Below are positions 1 to 10,273 of a stretch of DNA of 64,000 nucleotides, piece by piece. Location: positions 14,064-78,063 of the forward strand of contig CACOBL010000004.1 of the NCBI GenBank assembly GCA_902625455.1, written 5' to 3'. Source of the DNA: an uncultured Candidatus Actinomarina sp. Lineage in GTDB: Bacteria; Actinomycetota; Acidimicrobiia; Actinomarinales; Actinomarinaceae. The translations under genes were made by a program, and so were the position numbers. Below the pieces are notes generated by a model, which was not told the origin of the DNA, made no database searches, and was given only the letters and a program-made list of their open reading frames with translations. The first letter of the stretch is position 1. Each line of letters begins with the position of its first letter.

Positions 1-1
1 G

Positions 2-685
2 GGATTATGGCTGAGTGAAACATTAGAAACTGTTTCGGCTCAAACAGGTTATGATGTTATTCAACTTGAAAATTCACTAATATCAGGAAACGTTAAGAGT
101 TCATATTTACCTGATAATGATTTTTCTAAATTACTAAATTGGGAAGGCTTACTTTTCCCAAACACTTACCAAATAGATATTGAAGCTAACGGTGAAGATA
201 TTTTGCAAATTCTTGCAAATGAATTAGAAAATAGATTCGAGAATTTACTTTCGGCTAACTCAATACCAGCATGGATTTCTTCTCCAAATGAATTTTTTAC
301 CATAGCAAGTTTGATTGAAGCTGAAGCAAAATTAGATGAAGATAGACCATTGGTTTCTTCAGTTATTAGAAACAGACTTGATCAAAATATGCTTTTACAA
401 ATAGATGCAACTGTACTTTATTCATTACAAAAAAGAAAAACACAAGTACTGTTAATTGATTTACAAGTAGACAGTCCTTACAATACCTATAAATATACAT
501 CACTTCCTCCAACACCTATTTCTGGATTTGGTGAAAAATCTATGGAAGCTATTTTTAATACACCAGAAAATCAATATATTTACTATCTATTAACAGATAT
601 AAATGGGAAGATGACTTTTACAGATAATTATGAAGAGTTTATTAATCTAAAAAATAAAGCTAAAGATGAAGGAGTGATTCCTTAA
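2..685 (+). CDS. mltG: Endolytic transglycosylase MltG (YceG family), 5'-truncated by window edge
   Basis: Frame is open from base 2 (GLWLSET...EGLLFPNTY); motifs IASLIEAEA, LQIDATVLY, SPYNTY, LPPTPI. Confidence 0.9.
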   Translation, partial: GLWLSETLETVSAQTGYDVIQLENSLISGNVKSSYLPDNDFSKLLNWEGLLFPNTYQIDIEANGEDILQILANELENRFENLLSANSIPAWISSPNEFFTIASLIEAEAKLDEDRPLVSSVIRNRLDQNMLLQIDATVLYSLQKRKTQVLLIDLQVDSPYNTYKYTSLPPTPISGFGEKSMEAIFNTPENQYIYYLLTDINGKMTFTDNYEEFINLKNKAKDEGVIP

Positions 686-1242
686 TGGTTTCTACAAATG
701 ATATACGACCTGGGCAATCAATATTAGTTGATGGAATTATCTATCAGATAATTGAATACCAACATGTAAAACCTGGTAAAGGTAAAGCTTTTGTAAAAAC
801 TAAATTAAAAAATTTAACAAATGGTGGTGTATTAGATAAAACTTTTCGAGCTGATGAAGACGTTGAGCAAGCATATATTGATAAACAAACATTTCAATAT
901 CTATACAATGATTCAGATAAGTATTTCTTTATGAATGCTGATAGTTATGAACAAATTGAACTTTCTAAAGAAAATCTTAATAATAAAGAATTACTACTAA
1001 AGCCTAATCAAGAAGTTACACTGTCAATGTATATGGAAAAACCTATAGACATGCAACTTCCATCGACAATTTCATTATTAGTTACTCACTCAGAACCAGC
1101 AGTAAAAGGTGATTCAGTTAATTCCAACAGTAAAGAAGTGACTTGCGAAACTGGACTTAAAATTCAAGTTCCGATGTTTATAGAAGAAAACGATATTATA
1201 AAAATTGATACTAAATCTATAAGCTACGTTACAAGAGTATGA
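685..1242 (+). CDS. efp: Elongation factor P
   Basis: HVKPGKGKAFV loop, ETGLKIQVPMFI C-terminus. Confidence 0.97.
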   Translation: MVSTNDIRPGQSILVDGIIYQIIEYQHVKPGKGKAFVKTKLKNLTNGGVLDKTFRADEDVEQAYIDKQTFQYLYNDSDKYFFMNADSYEQIELSKENLNNKELLLKPNQEVTLSMYMEKPIDMQLPSTISLLVTHSEPAVKGDSVNSNSKEVTCETGLKIQVPMFIEENDIIKIDTKSISYVTRV

Positions 1243-1604
1243 CGCACGATTTCAGACATTATTCTTTCAACTCCCTATTTTCTTTAAATAGTTATGAAGA
1301 CAAAATAGTACTTTTAGATAATGATTTATCAGAAAATCAACTTTTAAGAGCACAGCAATTAATACTTTTTTTTAATGAGAATGCAACGAATATTATTCAA
1401 ATAATAGAAAAATTATCAGATAATTGGTCATTTGAAAGAATTGCAAAGCCTGAAAAAACAGCTTTACTGCTTGGTATTGCTGAGTTAAAAATGAGATTAA
1501 CTCCAAGGAAAGTAATTATATCTGAATGGGTTAAATTAGTCGACAAGCATTCCTCCTCAGAAGGGGCAAAATTTGTTAATGCAGTCTTGGATAACTATGA
1601 ATGA
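1239..1604 (+). CDS. nusB: Transcription antitermination factor NusB (short, divergent)
   Basis: NWSFERI, VIISEWV, FVNAVLD motifs; follows efp. Confidence 0.85.
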   Translation: MTHDFRHYSFNSLFSLNSYEDKIVLLDNDLSENQLLRAQQLILFFNENATNIIQIIEKLSDNWSFERIAKPEKTALLLGIAELKMRLTPRKVIISEWVKLVDKHSSSEGAKFVNAVLDNYE

Positions 1605-1887
1605 ACGCCAGTTGATTCAATTTTTAGATCTTAAAAATTATAGAACATCCTTTATTGAATCATTTGATTCACAAGATACTGAAATTCAAAAAAAGCTAAT
1701 TGAAGCTTCTAAAGATATTAATTTACAGTCCATAAGAATTCATAAATATGTTACTCACAATGGCAATATAGGAAAGGTTGTATTTGCTAGATTTCTTGAT
1801 TCTATCGGATTAGATGAACAAACTCGTATCAAGGAATTGAATAATTCAAATATCAAAGATATAGTAAATTTTATAGAGAATATATGA
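1597..1887 (+). CDS. Actinobacterial integration host factor (mIHF)-like protein, divergent
   Basis: Directly upstream of gmk; H2TH-like C-terminus IGKV...LDSIGLDEQTRIKEL; start moved to ATG 1597. Confidence 0.55.
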   Translation: MNERQLIQFLDLKNYRTSFIESFDSQDTEIQKKLIEASKDINLQSIRIHKYVTHNGNIGKVVFARFLDSIGLDEQTRIKELNNSNIKDIVNFIENI

Positions 1888-2414
1888 TAATAATTATAAC
1901 TGGTCCATCTGGAGTAGGAAAAAATACAATAATAAACGAACTCTCTAATCATATTAACTTTTACTTTTCAACTTCATTTACAACTAGACCAAGAAGAGAT
2001 AATGAAATAGAAGGTCAAGATTACTATTTCATTACTCATCAACGATTTAATGATCTGATTGATAAAAATCATATGCTCGAATATGAAGAATATGGAGGTT
2101 ATTTTTACGGTACACCAAAATCTGAAATTGATAGAGATGGAATTGTTATATTAGACCTAGAAGTTAATGGTGCTACAAAATTACTAAAATCTAATAGTGA
2201 TTATATAGGTATATTTATTGATATAAATGATGATGAATTAATAAACAGATTAGTTTCTAGAGGACACGATCAAGAGTTTATAAATAAACGAATGATTCTT
2301 GCAAATTCACAAAGAGAACATAAAGGTGAATACGATTACTACATAGAGAATCAGAATTTAAATACTGCAGTTAATAATATAATTGATATAATATGTAAGC
2401 TGGAGGAACAATGA
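1884..2414 (+). CDS. gmk: Guanylate kinase
   Basis: GPSGVGKNT P-loop, TTRPRR..E..G.DYYF, YGT. Confidence 0.96.
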   Translation: MIIIITGPSGVGKNTIINELSNHINFYFSTSFTTRPRRDNEIEGQDYYFITHQRFNDLIDKNHMLEYEEYGGYFYGTPKSEIDRDGIVILDLEVNGATKLLKSNSDYIGIFIDINDDELINRLVSRGHDQEFINKRMILANSQREHKGEYDYYIENQNLNTAVNNIIDIICKLEEQ

Positions 2415-2638
2415 TAAAACCACCTATTGAAGAATTATTAAAAGAAACACCAGGTAGATTTGCTCTTGTTATTACCGCATCTAGAAGAGCAAGAGATATA
2501 AATTCATATTTTAATCAACTTGGAGAAGGAATTGGTGCATACACACCTCCGCAGGTTCAAAGTTTAAGCCGAAAACCTCTTACAGTAGCATTTGAAGAAA
2601 TCGCAGCAGGGAAAGTAGAAGTTTCCAAAGACAATTAA
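2411..2638 (+). CDS. rpoZ: RNA polymerase omega subunit
   Basis: Actinobacterial-type PPIEELL...LVITASRRARDI...KPLTVAFEEI; gmk-rpoZ-coaBC synteny. Confidence 0.95.
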   Translation: MIKPPIEELLKETPGRFALVITASRRARDINSYFNQLGEGIGAYTPPQVQSLSRKPLTVAFEEIAAGKVEVSKDN

Positions 2639-3747
2639 TGAAAAAAAATGTGCTACTTGCTGTAACAGGTAGTATTGCTTGTTCTAAAGCTGAATTATTT
2701 ATAAAGCAGTACGGAAGCCTTTATAATTTTAAAGTAATATCTACATATAATGCCTTACAATTTCTAAGCGATGAATTTAAAAATAATAATCAAGTCTTAA
2801 GTGACTGGGGTGATTTAAAAGGAACTCCACATATAGAATTAGCAAGATGGGCTGATATTTTTTTGATTTACCCAGCTACTGCTAATGTTATCGCCAAAAT
2901 GGCAAATGGTATTGCAGATGATTTGCTAACTTCGACAACACTTATGTTTGGTTCTGGAATTTATATATGTCCAGCGATGCATGAAGAAATGTATTTAAAC
3001 AATACAACACAAAACAATCTAAAAAATCTGTCACAGGATAATTTTATAGTAGGTTCAAGATATGGAGATTTAGATATTGGTGATAGAGGTTACGGTAGAT
3101 TAATTGAACCTATTGATTTAAAGAATAATATTGAAAAAACATTGGGAAAGGTAATAGTGACATCTGGACCTACTATAGAAGCTATTGATGATGTTAAAGT
3201 AATTACAAATAAATCATCAGGTAAACAGGGAAGGGCAATAGCAATTGAACTTTCAGCTCGTGGTTATGAAACTATATATATTCATTCAAGTCAGATATTA
3301 CCAATACCGGGCATTCAGAATGTAGCCTTTACATCATCTTCAGAATTGCTTACAAAAATAAATGAAAACATAGATAATTGTGAATATTTGTTTATGACAG
3401 CAGCAGTTTCAGATTTCACAACGAAGAAAAAGAATGGAAAGATAAGTAGAGATTCAGGAAACATTCAACTTAATCTAAAACCAAATATTGATTTAGTGAA
3501 GACAATTAAAGATACAAATGAAGATATCGTCATTGTTGCATTTTCAGCTCAGATTAATGATGATCTTAATTTTGACAAAATTAAAAGTAAAAATTGCGAT
3601 TACTTAGTAATAAACAATATATTAAAAAATAACTTTGGAAGCGATCATAATAAAATAAAAATCATTAATAGGAAAGAACTTATATACGAATCGATTGAGA
3701 AGTCAAAATCAGATATAGCGTATGAGTTATTAGATGTATTACTTTAG
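2638..3747 (+). CDS. coaBC: Bifunctional phosphopantothenoylcysteine decarboxylase/ligase
   Basis: TGSIA, HIELARWAD, PAMH, GPT.E.ID.V..ITN.SSGKQG, AAVSDF. Confidence 0.95.
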   Translation: MKKNVLLAVTGSIACSKAELFIKQYGSLYNFKVISTYNALQFLSDEFKNNNQVLSDWGDLKGTPHIELARWADIFLIYPATANVIAKMANGIADDLLTSTTLMFGSGIYICPAMHEEMYLNNTTQNNLKNLSQDNFIVGSRYGDLDIGDRGYGRLIEPIDLKNNIEKTLGKVIVTSGPTIEAIDDVKVITNKSSGKQGRAIAIELSARGYETIYIHSSQILPIPGIQNVAFTSSSELLTKINENIDNCEYLFMTAAVSDFTTKKKNGKISRDSGNIQLNLKPNIDLVKTIKDTNEDIVIVAFSAQINDDLNFDKIKSKNCDYLVINNILKNNFGSDHNKIKIINRKELIYESIEKSKSDIAYELLDVLL

Positions 3748-3749
3748 CA

Positions 3750-5093
3750 ATGTTTGCTGATGTAGAAGTAGTTTCAAATAATACATACGGTTATAAGCAA
3801 TTTACTTACTCTATTCCTCATAAGTTTAAGCCAAAATTAAGTATTGGTTCCTTCGTGAAAGTTGAATTTAGAAATAAGATTGTTGACGCATTAGTTGTAA
3901 ATTTAAAATCAAAAACTGAAATAAAAAATGCAAAAAATATTTTAAAAGTATCAAATCTTACTCTTAATAATGAACAAGATCTGTATTGCAAATATATAGC
4001 ACTTTCTAACAGACTAAATTGTGGAATATTACTACACAACATAATTGATTTAGATAATTTAAGAAGACAAAATATTTTAAAAACAAAATCTGTTACAAAT
4101 ATAAATTTTCAAGAGTTTAATAATTTTAAGTTTGTAAATGATAATGTTTTTTTTGTGTCTTCAATTAAACAAGCGAATGAATTATCAAAAAATTTGAAAA
4201 ATAAACTAAAGATCGACTTTTATCAAAAATTTGGAGGGAAAGATGAACTTATTAATGTATTAAACAACAAAAAATACAGAAATATAATAATTCTTTCTAA
4301 TAATTTTGAAAAAGTAATATTAAACGATCATACTAATTATTTTTTTTATGACAGTAATTCTCCCTCTTATAAGTTGCCAAAATTAAATAATCTGAGCATT
4401 GTTGAGTCATCTTATCTGAAAAATCATATATTTGGAGGTAAGTTTATTTATATAAATGAATTTCCCAATTTGGAATTCAATGATTTTTATCAATTTAATA
4501 TTGAAGAGATAGACTATGGAATTGAATATTATTTTTCAAATAATTTAAAAGATAATTTAGAGTTACTTAATCATAAATATCCAAATAAAGTTTTCAAAGT
4601 CTACTCAAAAGAATCATTTGCAGAAAATAAAAATATTTCACAACATGATGATATAAATAATAAAGAAGTAAATACAGTTATAATAAATAATCCAACTATA
4701 TCTTCGAAAGGTCTTCTTAATTCTTACAAATTAATATCACTTCTAAGAACATTAAACTTTTGTATTAAAAACAATTTAAAAATCATAATTTTCAATAATA
4801 AAAAATTGAATATAGAAAGTTCATTAAATAGCTTATCTTTAACTAAGTGGGCAAATAAGGAGTTAGAAACTAGATTAAAATATGGACCAAACAAGTTGTT
4901 AAAAGTTTTTCAATTTGAATTACAACAAAAACTCGAAGATAGTGATGAATTGGTTCTTGGTCCTATAAAAACTGAAAGCGGTTTCAAGTATGAAGTTCAA
5001 ATAAAATTATCAAAAGATGTAAATTATATAAAATTTATAAATCTATTTAAAAGTCTTAATAAAATTGATTTAACAAGAGTAAGGTATATTTAA
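3750..5093 (+). CDS. priA: Highly eroded PriA-like primosomal protein
   Basis: N-terminal 3'-DNA-binding-domain pattern (FTYSIP...IGSFVKVEF), C-terminal ELETR..YGP and VLGP; position before def/fmt; no helicase motifs. Confidence 0.55.
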   Translation: MFADVEVVSNNTYGYKQFTYSIPHKFKPKLSIGSFVKVEFRNKIVDALVVNLKSKTEIKNAKNILKVSNLTLNNEQDLYCKYIALSNRLNCGILLHNIIDLDNLRRQNILKTKSVTNINFQEFNNFKFVNDNVFFVSSIKQANELSKNLKNKLKIDFYQKFGGKDELINVLNNKKYRNIIILSNNFEKVILNDHTNYFFYDSNSPSYKLPKLNNLSIVESSYLKNHIFGGKFIYINEFPNLEFNDFYQFNIEEIDYGIEYYFSNNLKDNLELLNHKYPNKVFKVYSKESFAENKNISQHDDINNKEVNTVIINNPTISSKGLLNSYKLISLLRTLNFCIKNNLKIIIFNNKKLNIESSLNSLSLTKWANKELETRLKYGPNKLLKVFQFELQQKLEDSDELVLGPIKTESGFKYEVQIKLSKDVNYIKFINLFKSLNKIDLTRVRYI

Positions 5094-5587
5094 TGAATGA
5101 TATAGTTGTCTTCGGTCATCCATCATTAACAAGTAAATCAGAAAATATAATCAATATAGATGATTATGTTGTTAATTTATCAAAAAAGATGATCGATATT
5201 ATGTATGCTGCTCCAGGGGTTGGTTTAGCTGCGCCTCAAATAGGTATAAATAAAAATATATTTGTATTTGATGCTGGAGATGGGCCTAAAGTTGCTATAA
5301 ATCCAAAACTTGTTAAAACCGAAGGTTCTATAGTATTTATGGAAGGATGTCTATCATTACCAGGCTATTATTGGGATATTGAAAGACATGAATACGCTAA
5401 AATACAATGTCTCAATGAAAATGGTGATGAAACAATATATGAAGGTGACGAACTGATGGGTCGAGTGTTGCAACATGAACTTGATCATTTGAAAGGAAAA
5501 TTACTTCTCAAATCTATGACACGAAAACAACGAAAAGAAGCTTTGAAGGAAATTTCAATTAAAGGTTTTCCTGGTGATAAAATATAA
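5093..5587 (+). CDS. def: Peptide deformylase
   Basis: GVGLAAPQIG, EGCLS, QHELDHL. Confidence 0.97.
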   Translation: MNDIVVFGHPSLTSKSENIINIDDYVVNLSKKMIDIMYAAPGVGLAAPQIGINKNIFVFDAGDGPKVAINPKLVKTEGSIVFMEGCLSLPGYYWDIERHEYAKIQCLNENGDETIYEGDELMGRVLQHELDHLKGKLLLKSMTRKQRKEALKEISIKGFPGDKI

Positions 5588-6386
5588 ATATTTTTTCGGT
5601 TCAGATAAACGAAGCTTAAATTTTCTAAATACTATTTATACACAGTACAACAAAGTTAAAGTTGTAACCCTTGAACCAAAGAAAACTGGTCGAGGTAGAA
5701 AAATCACATCCAATCCAGTTCAAATTTACTGTGAACAAAATGATATTGAATATTCATACTATCAAGAGGAAAATATATATGAAGATATGGAGTATGGAAT
5801 AGTTGCTAGTTTTGCAAAAATTTTTACAAATAATTTTATAACTAACAATAAACCACTATTTAATATACATTTGAGTTTGCTCCCAAAATACAAAGGACCT
5901 ACTCCAGTTGAAAGTGCTCTATTAAATTTAGAAAAATTTTCGGGTTATACAATTTTTAAAATAAATAAAAATGTTGATACTGGAGATATTATTTATCAAA
6001 AAACATTAAATATAGAAGGTAAATATGCAACAGAGGTTTATGAACAAATTTATGAATCTTTTCATATTGATATTTTGAATATAGATTTTTACAAAAAAGG
6101 CCAAATTCAAGAAAATATTGTTTCTAATACAAGAAAATTTTTTAAAGAAGATTTTAATATTCAAGAATTAACTATTCAAAATGCTAAATCAAAAATAAGG
6201 GCTTTCGACTATCTAGGTCCTGCTTTTATAAAATATAACAATATAAATTTAAAAATTCTTAACTACAGTGAAATTGAGCAAGGAAGTAGTATTGAACTAA
6301 GTGATGGATTATTGTACCCACTAAATGTAATTCCGGAAGGTAAAAGTAAAATGCTATTTGAAGACTATTTAAGAGGACTTAAATGA
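5574..6386 (+). CDS. fmt: Methionyl-tRNA formyltransferase
   Basis: NIHLSLLPKYKGPTP, VDTGDI, PEGK..M...DYLRG; follows def. Confidence 0.9.
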   Translation: MIKYKYFFGSDKRSLNFLNTIYTQYNKVKVVTLEPKKTGRGRKITSNPVQIYCEQNDIEYSYYQEENIYEDMEYGIVASFAKIFTNNFITNNKPLFNIHLSLLPKYKGPTPVESALLNLEKFSGYTIFKINKNVDTGDIIYQKTLNIEGKYATEVYEQIYESFHIDILNIDFYKKGQIQENIVSNTRKFFKEDFNIQELTIQNAKSKIRAFDYLGPAFIKYNNINLKILNYSEIEQGSSIELSDGLLYPLNVIPEGKSKMLFEDYLRGLK

Positions 6387-6970
6387 TCATTTCGGCAAGT
6401 ATTCAAGCAGCAGATCAACTAAACATTTTACAGAGTATTCAACAACATTCATCTGAGTTTGACCAAATACATGTTGATATTACTGATGGTCATTTCACAA
6501 ATAATATTTCTATGTCATTTAGTCACATCAAAGAAGTGAAGAATCAAACTGATTACAAAGTAGACGTACAATTAATGGTTGAAGATAATGTAAAACTTGC
6601 TCCATTAGCATTTGCACATGGAGCAGATTTAGTATCAATTCATCTTGAATCAACACCTATTAAAGACTTTATTAATTTAAGTAATGAATTTACAAACCTT
6701 GGTGTTGCTACATTGCCAAATACTGATAATTCAAAATTAGATGAATATTTAGAATATTCTTCAGCCGTTTTATTTTTAGGCGTAAATCCTGGGTTTTCAA
6801 ATCAAGGTCAGTCTGTAGATTTAATTGATAAAATTAAGAATTTTAAAGTTTTATATCCCAAATATGATGGATTAATAATTGCAGATGGTGGCATTCAGAA
6901 GAACCACTTAAACTCACTAGAGAATATTGGAGTAGATATAGCTGTTCAAGGTGGAGCAATTTTTGGCTGA
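6383..6970 (+). CDS. rpe: Ribulose-phosphate 3-epimerase
   Basis: HVDITDGHF, VNPGFSNQ, ADGGI. Confidence 0.88.
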   Translation: MIISASIQAADQLNILQSIQQHSSEFDQIHVDITDGHFTNNISMSFSHIKEVKNQTDYKVDVQLMVEDNVKLAPLAFAHGADLVSIHLESTPIKDFINLSNEFTNLGVATLPNTDNSKLDEYLEYSSAVLFLGVNPGFSNQGQSVDLIDKIKNFKVLYPKYDGLIIADGGIQKNHLNSLENIGVDIAVQGGAIFG

Positions 6971-7997
6971 CCCTTCACACTTTTTAGAATATCCAAATAG
7001 CATGTATTTGGCTGTAATTGAGGCATTAAAAGCTGAAACATTTCCTAATCCTAAAGTTGGTGCCGTACTGTTAAACAAGAATAATAAAGTAAAAGCAATA
7101 GGGCATCATAAGGGTAAAGGTACAAATCATGCAGAAATTGAGATAATTAATAATACATCAATAGAATCTACTGATACTTTATATGTAACTTTGGAACCTT
7201 GTTTTCATACAGACTCATCACCTTCCTGCGCTGATGAACTTTTAAAAACTGAAATTCAAAACGTTGTAATAGGTGACATTGATTCTGATAAAAGAACCTC
7301 TGGAAAAAGTATTGAAAAACTCAAAAACAATGGTTTAAATGTTACGTTAATTGAAGGTGTGAACAATTTTGTAAATCCAAACTATAACAAAAAAAACTAT
7401 GGTGACAAATCTATTACCTACATAGGGAAAATAGCTACGAGCAGTGACAATAAAATTTTTGATTACTCTAATTCATCTAAATATATTACGAATTCTGAAT
7501 CACTTGATTTTACCCATTTACTTAGATCAACTGTTGACGCTATTTTGATAGGTAAAAATACACTCATAACAGATAACCCTCAGTTAAACATAAGACTAAA
7601 CCCGCTTAGCCATATTGATATCTATAAATATGTTCTTTGGGGGAATGATCGTAATGACATAGAGAAATATGCAAAAAAACATAGTGAAAAATTATTTTTA
7701 ACATCTTTTGATAACAAGTTATCTAATGTTGTTAATATCAATAACTTAACTTTTGAAAATTTAGACTCCCACATGAAGAATCAAAATATAAATTCATTAT
7801 TGGTTGAGGGAGGAAATTATGTACATAAATTATTCACTTCTTCACAAATATACGATTATTTTTATAAATTTGTATCAGAAAATACAATCATAGAAGGATT
7901 ATCCATTGACAATCATATTCTTGAATATTTGATGAACGATTTGATTCAGATTAAGGAAATTCAACTTAAAGATAATTCATTACACATTTATAATTAG
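6951..7997 (+). CDS. ribD: Riboflavin biosynthesis deaminase/reductase RibD
   Basis: PNPKVGAV, HAE, TLEPC..C zinc motif, DNPQL, LLVEGG. Confidence 0.93.
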   Translation: MEQFLADPSHFLEYPNSMYLAVIEALKAETFPNPKVGAVLLNKNNKVKAIGHHKGKGTNHAEIEIINNTSIESTDTLYVTLEPCFHTDSSPSCADELLKTEIQNVVIGDIDSDKRTSGKSIEKLKNNGLNVTLIEGVNNFVNPNYNKKNYGDKSITYIGKIATSSDNKIFDYSNSSKYITNSESLDFTHLLRSTVDAILIGKNTLITDNPQLNIRLNPLSHIDIYKYVLWGNDRNDIEKYAKKHSEKLFLTSFDNKLSNVVNINNLTFENLDSHMKNQNINSLLVEGGNYVHKLFTSSQIYDYFYKFVSENTIIEGLSIDNHILEYLMNDLIQIKEIQLKDNSLHIYN

Positions 7998-8002
7998 TTT
8001 AC

Positions 8003-8578
8003 ATGTTCACTGGAATTGTAAAATCTGTAGGAAGTGTAAAAACACTCGAAGAAGATCATTTATTGATCTCAACTGATGACGATAATTTTTATAATCTAGA
8101 AACAGGGACAAGTATATCAATAGATGGATGTTGCTTAACGCTAAGAGAATATATTGGCAAGGACTTACTATTTCAAATATCTGATGAGACAATATCAAGA
8201 ACATCTCTTAATAAAGATCACTGCGGATTTGTAAATATGGAGTTGCCTTTAACTGTAAATTCTCTTCTTAGCGGTCATATTGTACAAGGACATGTTGATG
8301 GAGTTATTGAGTTAGATGAAGTTACTAAGTTAGATAATGAGTTATGGAATTTTCATTTTAAATATGCTGATGAAAAATATATTGTAGATAAAGGATCTAT
8401 TACAATTAATGGAATATCTTTAACTGTAGTAGAACCAGATAAAGATAAATTTAGTGTTGCTGTTATTGAAGAAACTTATAAAAGAACCAACTTAAAAAAT
8501 TTAAAAATAAATAGCTCAGTTAATGTTGAGTACGATATTGTAATAAAGTATTTAGAGAAATTAAATTATGATAAGTGA
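8003..8578 (+). CDS. ribE: Riboflavin synthase (alpha)
   Basis: MFTGIV N-terminus, [23 protein letters not shown]. Confidence 0.95.
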   Translation: MFTGIVKSVGSVKTLEEDHLLISTDDDNFYNLETGTSISIDGCCLTLREYIGKDLLFQISDETISRTSLNKDHCGFVNMELPLTVNSLLSGHIVQGHVDGVIELDEVTKLDNELWNFHFKYADEKYIVDKGSITINGISLTVVEPDKDKFSVAVIEETYKRTNLKNLKINSSVNVEYDIVIKYLEKLNYDK

Positions 8579-9770
8579 CATAAAAGAAATAATTAACCTT
8601 TTTTCAAAAGGGGAAATGATAATTCTCATCGACGATGAAGAACGTGAGAATGAAGGAGACTTAGTTATATCATCTAAGTACTTGACTTCAGACCATATAA
8701 ATTTCATGATTACTTACGGTAAAGGTTTAGTTTGTGCTCCAATTTCTTCTTCTATTGCAAAAAAATTGAAATTGCCACTTATGGAAGGTGTGAATAACGA
8801 AATGCAAACACCATATACACATTCAGTTGATTTAAAGGGTGATGGTGTTACTACTGGAATCTCTGCTGAAGACAGATTTAAAACTATTAAAGGTTTAGCA
8901 AGTGACGATTCAACGCGTGAATCATTTAATGTACCGGGTCATATCTTTCCTTTACAAGCAATGGATGGGGGTGTACTTAGGAGAGCAGGCCATACAGAAG
9001 CAGCTGTTGATTTATGTACAATTTCAAATCACAAACAAGTTGCAGTTATATGTGAAATTATAAATGAAGATGGAACAATGGCTAGATTAGAAGATTTAAT
9101 TAAATTTTCTCAAGTTCATAAAATTCCAATAGGTACAATTAAAGACCTTATACAATATCGACTTGATTCATCTAACCCGGTTGAATTTGTTTCAAAATCT
9201 AAGATACCAACAGACTACGGTGAATTTATGGGTCATGTTTTTAAAGATAATGTAGACAATACAGAACATATCGCTTTAACTTTTGGCGATTATTTGTCAG
9301 GAGAAGACACAATGGTTCGCGTACATTCAGAGTGTTTAACAGGTGATACTCTTTTTTCAAAAAAATGTGATTGTGGCTCACAACTTTCAACCGCACTTGA
9401 AGCTATATCTAATAATAGAAGCGGTGTCTTACTTTATATGAGAGGTCACGAAGGAAGAGGTATTGGTCTTGGAAATAAAATAAAAGCTTATTCACTTCAA
9501 GATGATGGTGAAGATACTGTTGATGCAAATTTAAAACTTGGTTTTAAAAATGATCAGCGTGATTATGGAACTGGTGCTTTGATTTTAAGAAATCTAGGAA
9601 TAACTAATATGAATCTATTAACAAACAATCCTTCCAAAAGAGCTGGTTTAGAAGGGTACGGTTTAAATATTACGAAAAGAACTCCACTTTTAGGCAAACA
9701 AACACCTGAAAATTCTAAATATCTCGAAACTAAAAAAGATAAGATGGGTCATGATTTCGATGAAGAGTAA
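8568..9770 (+). CDS. ribBA: DHBP synthase / GTP cyclohydrolase II
   Basis: [38 protein letters not shown]. Confidence 0.97.
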   Translation: MISDIKEIINLFSKGEMIILIDDEERENEGDLVISSKYLTSDHINFMITYGKGLVCAPISSSIAKKLKLPLMEGVNNEMQTPYTHSVDLKGDGVTTGISAEDRFKTIKGLASDDSTRESFNVPGHIFPLQAMDGGVLRRAGHTEAAVDLCTISNHKQVAVICEIINEDGTMARLEDLIKFSQVHKIPIGTIKDLIQYRLDSSNPVEFVSKSKIPTDYGEFMGHVFKDNVDNTEHIALTFGDYLSGEDTMVRVHSECLTGDTLFSKKCDCGSQLSTALEAISNNRSGVLLYMRGHEGRGIGLGNKIKAYSLQDDGEDTVDANLKLGFKNDQRDYGTGALILRNLGITNMNLLTNNPSKRAGLEGYGLNITKRTPLLGKQTPENSKYLETKKDKMGHDFDEE

Positions 9771-10158
9771 TGTTGCTATTGTAGTTTCTGATTATTACGA
9801 AGATATATCTAACGGATTAGTTGATGGTTTTACTAACTCTTTAGATCCAAAATTTACAATTGACACTCATAATGTAACTGGAGCATGGGAAATTGTTCAT
9901 AAAATTAACTCTCTTACAGATGAATATGATAAGTTTGTTGCAATAGGTGCAATTATTAAAGGTGGTACAGATCACTACGAATATATTTCAAAAGGAGTAA
10001 TAGATGGATTAATAAAATTGACGATTGACAAAAATATATATATTGCAAATTGTGTTTTAAATGTTCATGATATAAATGATGCTTATGATAGATCTAAAGA
10101 AGACGCTAACAATAAAGGATCTCAAGCTGCATTTGCTATAAATAATCTTTTTACTTAA
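9760..10158 (+). CDS. ribH: 6,7-dimethyl-8-ribityllumazine synthase
   Basis: [26 protein letters not shown]; last gene of rib cluster. Confidence 0.92.
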   Translation: MKSNVAIVVSDYYEDISNGLVDGFTNSLDPKFTIDTHNVTGAWEIVHKINSLTDEYDKFVAIGAIIKGGTDHYEYISKGVIDGLIKLTIDKNIYIANCVLNVHDINDAYDRSKEDANNKGSQAAFAINNLFT

Positions 10159-10188
10159 TTTATTTAGTATTTACGTTATAATTTAATC

Positions 10189-10257
10189 AAGCGAACATTG
10201 TTCCACCTACTGTGAATAATAGTAAGGTTAAACAAACGGCTTCGTGCCGTTTTTTTT
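10189..10257 (+). promoter_or_regulatory. Probable L20-leader-like attenuator upstream of infC-rpmI-rplT
   Basis: TATAAT at 10177-10182; stems GAAC/GTTC and ACCT-ACTGT/ATAGT-AAGGT; ends in terminator AAACGGC-TTCGT-GCCGTTT plus U-run. Confidence 0.55.
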
Positions 10258-10273
10258 ATGAAAGGGGATTAAC

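Noticed and set aside
3060..3105. CoaBC lacks the Cys of the ACG motif
   Set aside because: Actinobacterial CoaBC proteins commonly lack it, so it is not novel.
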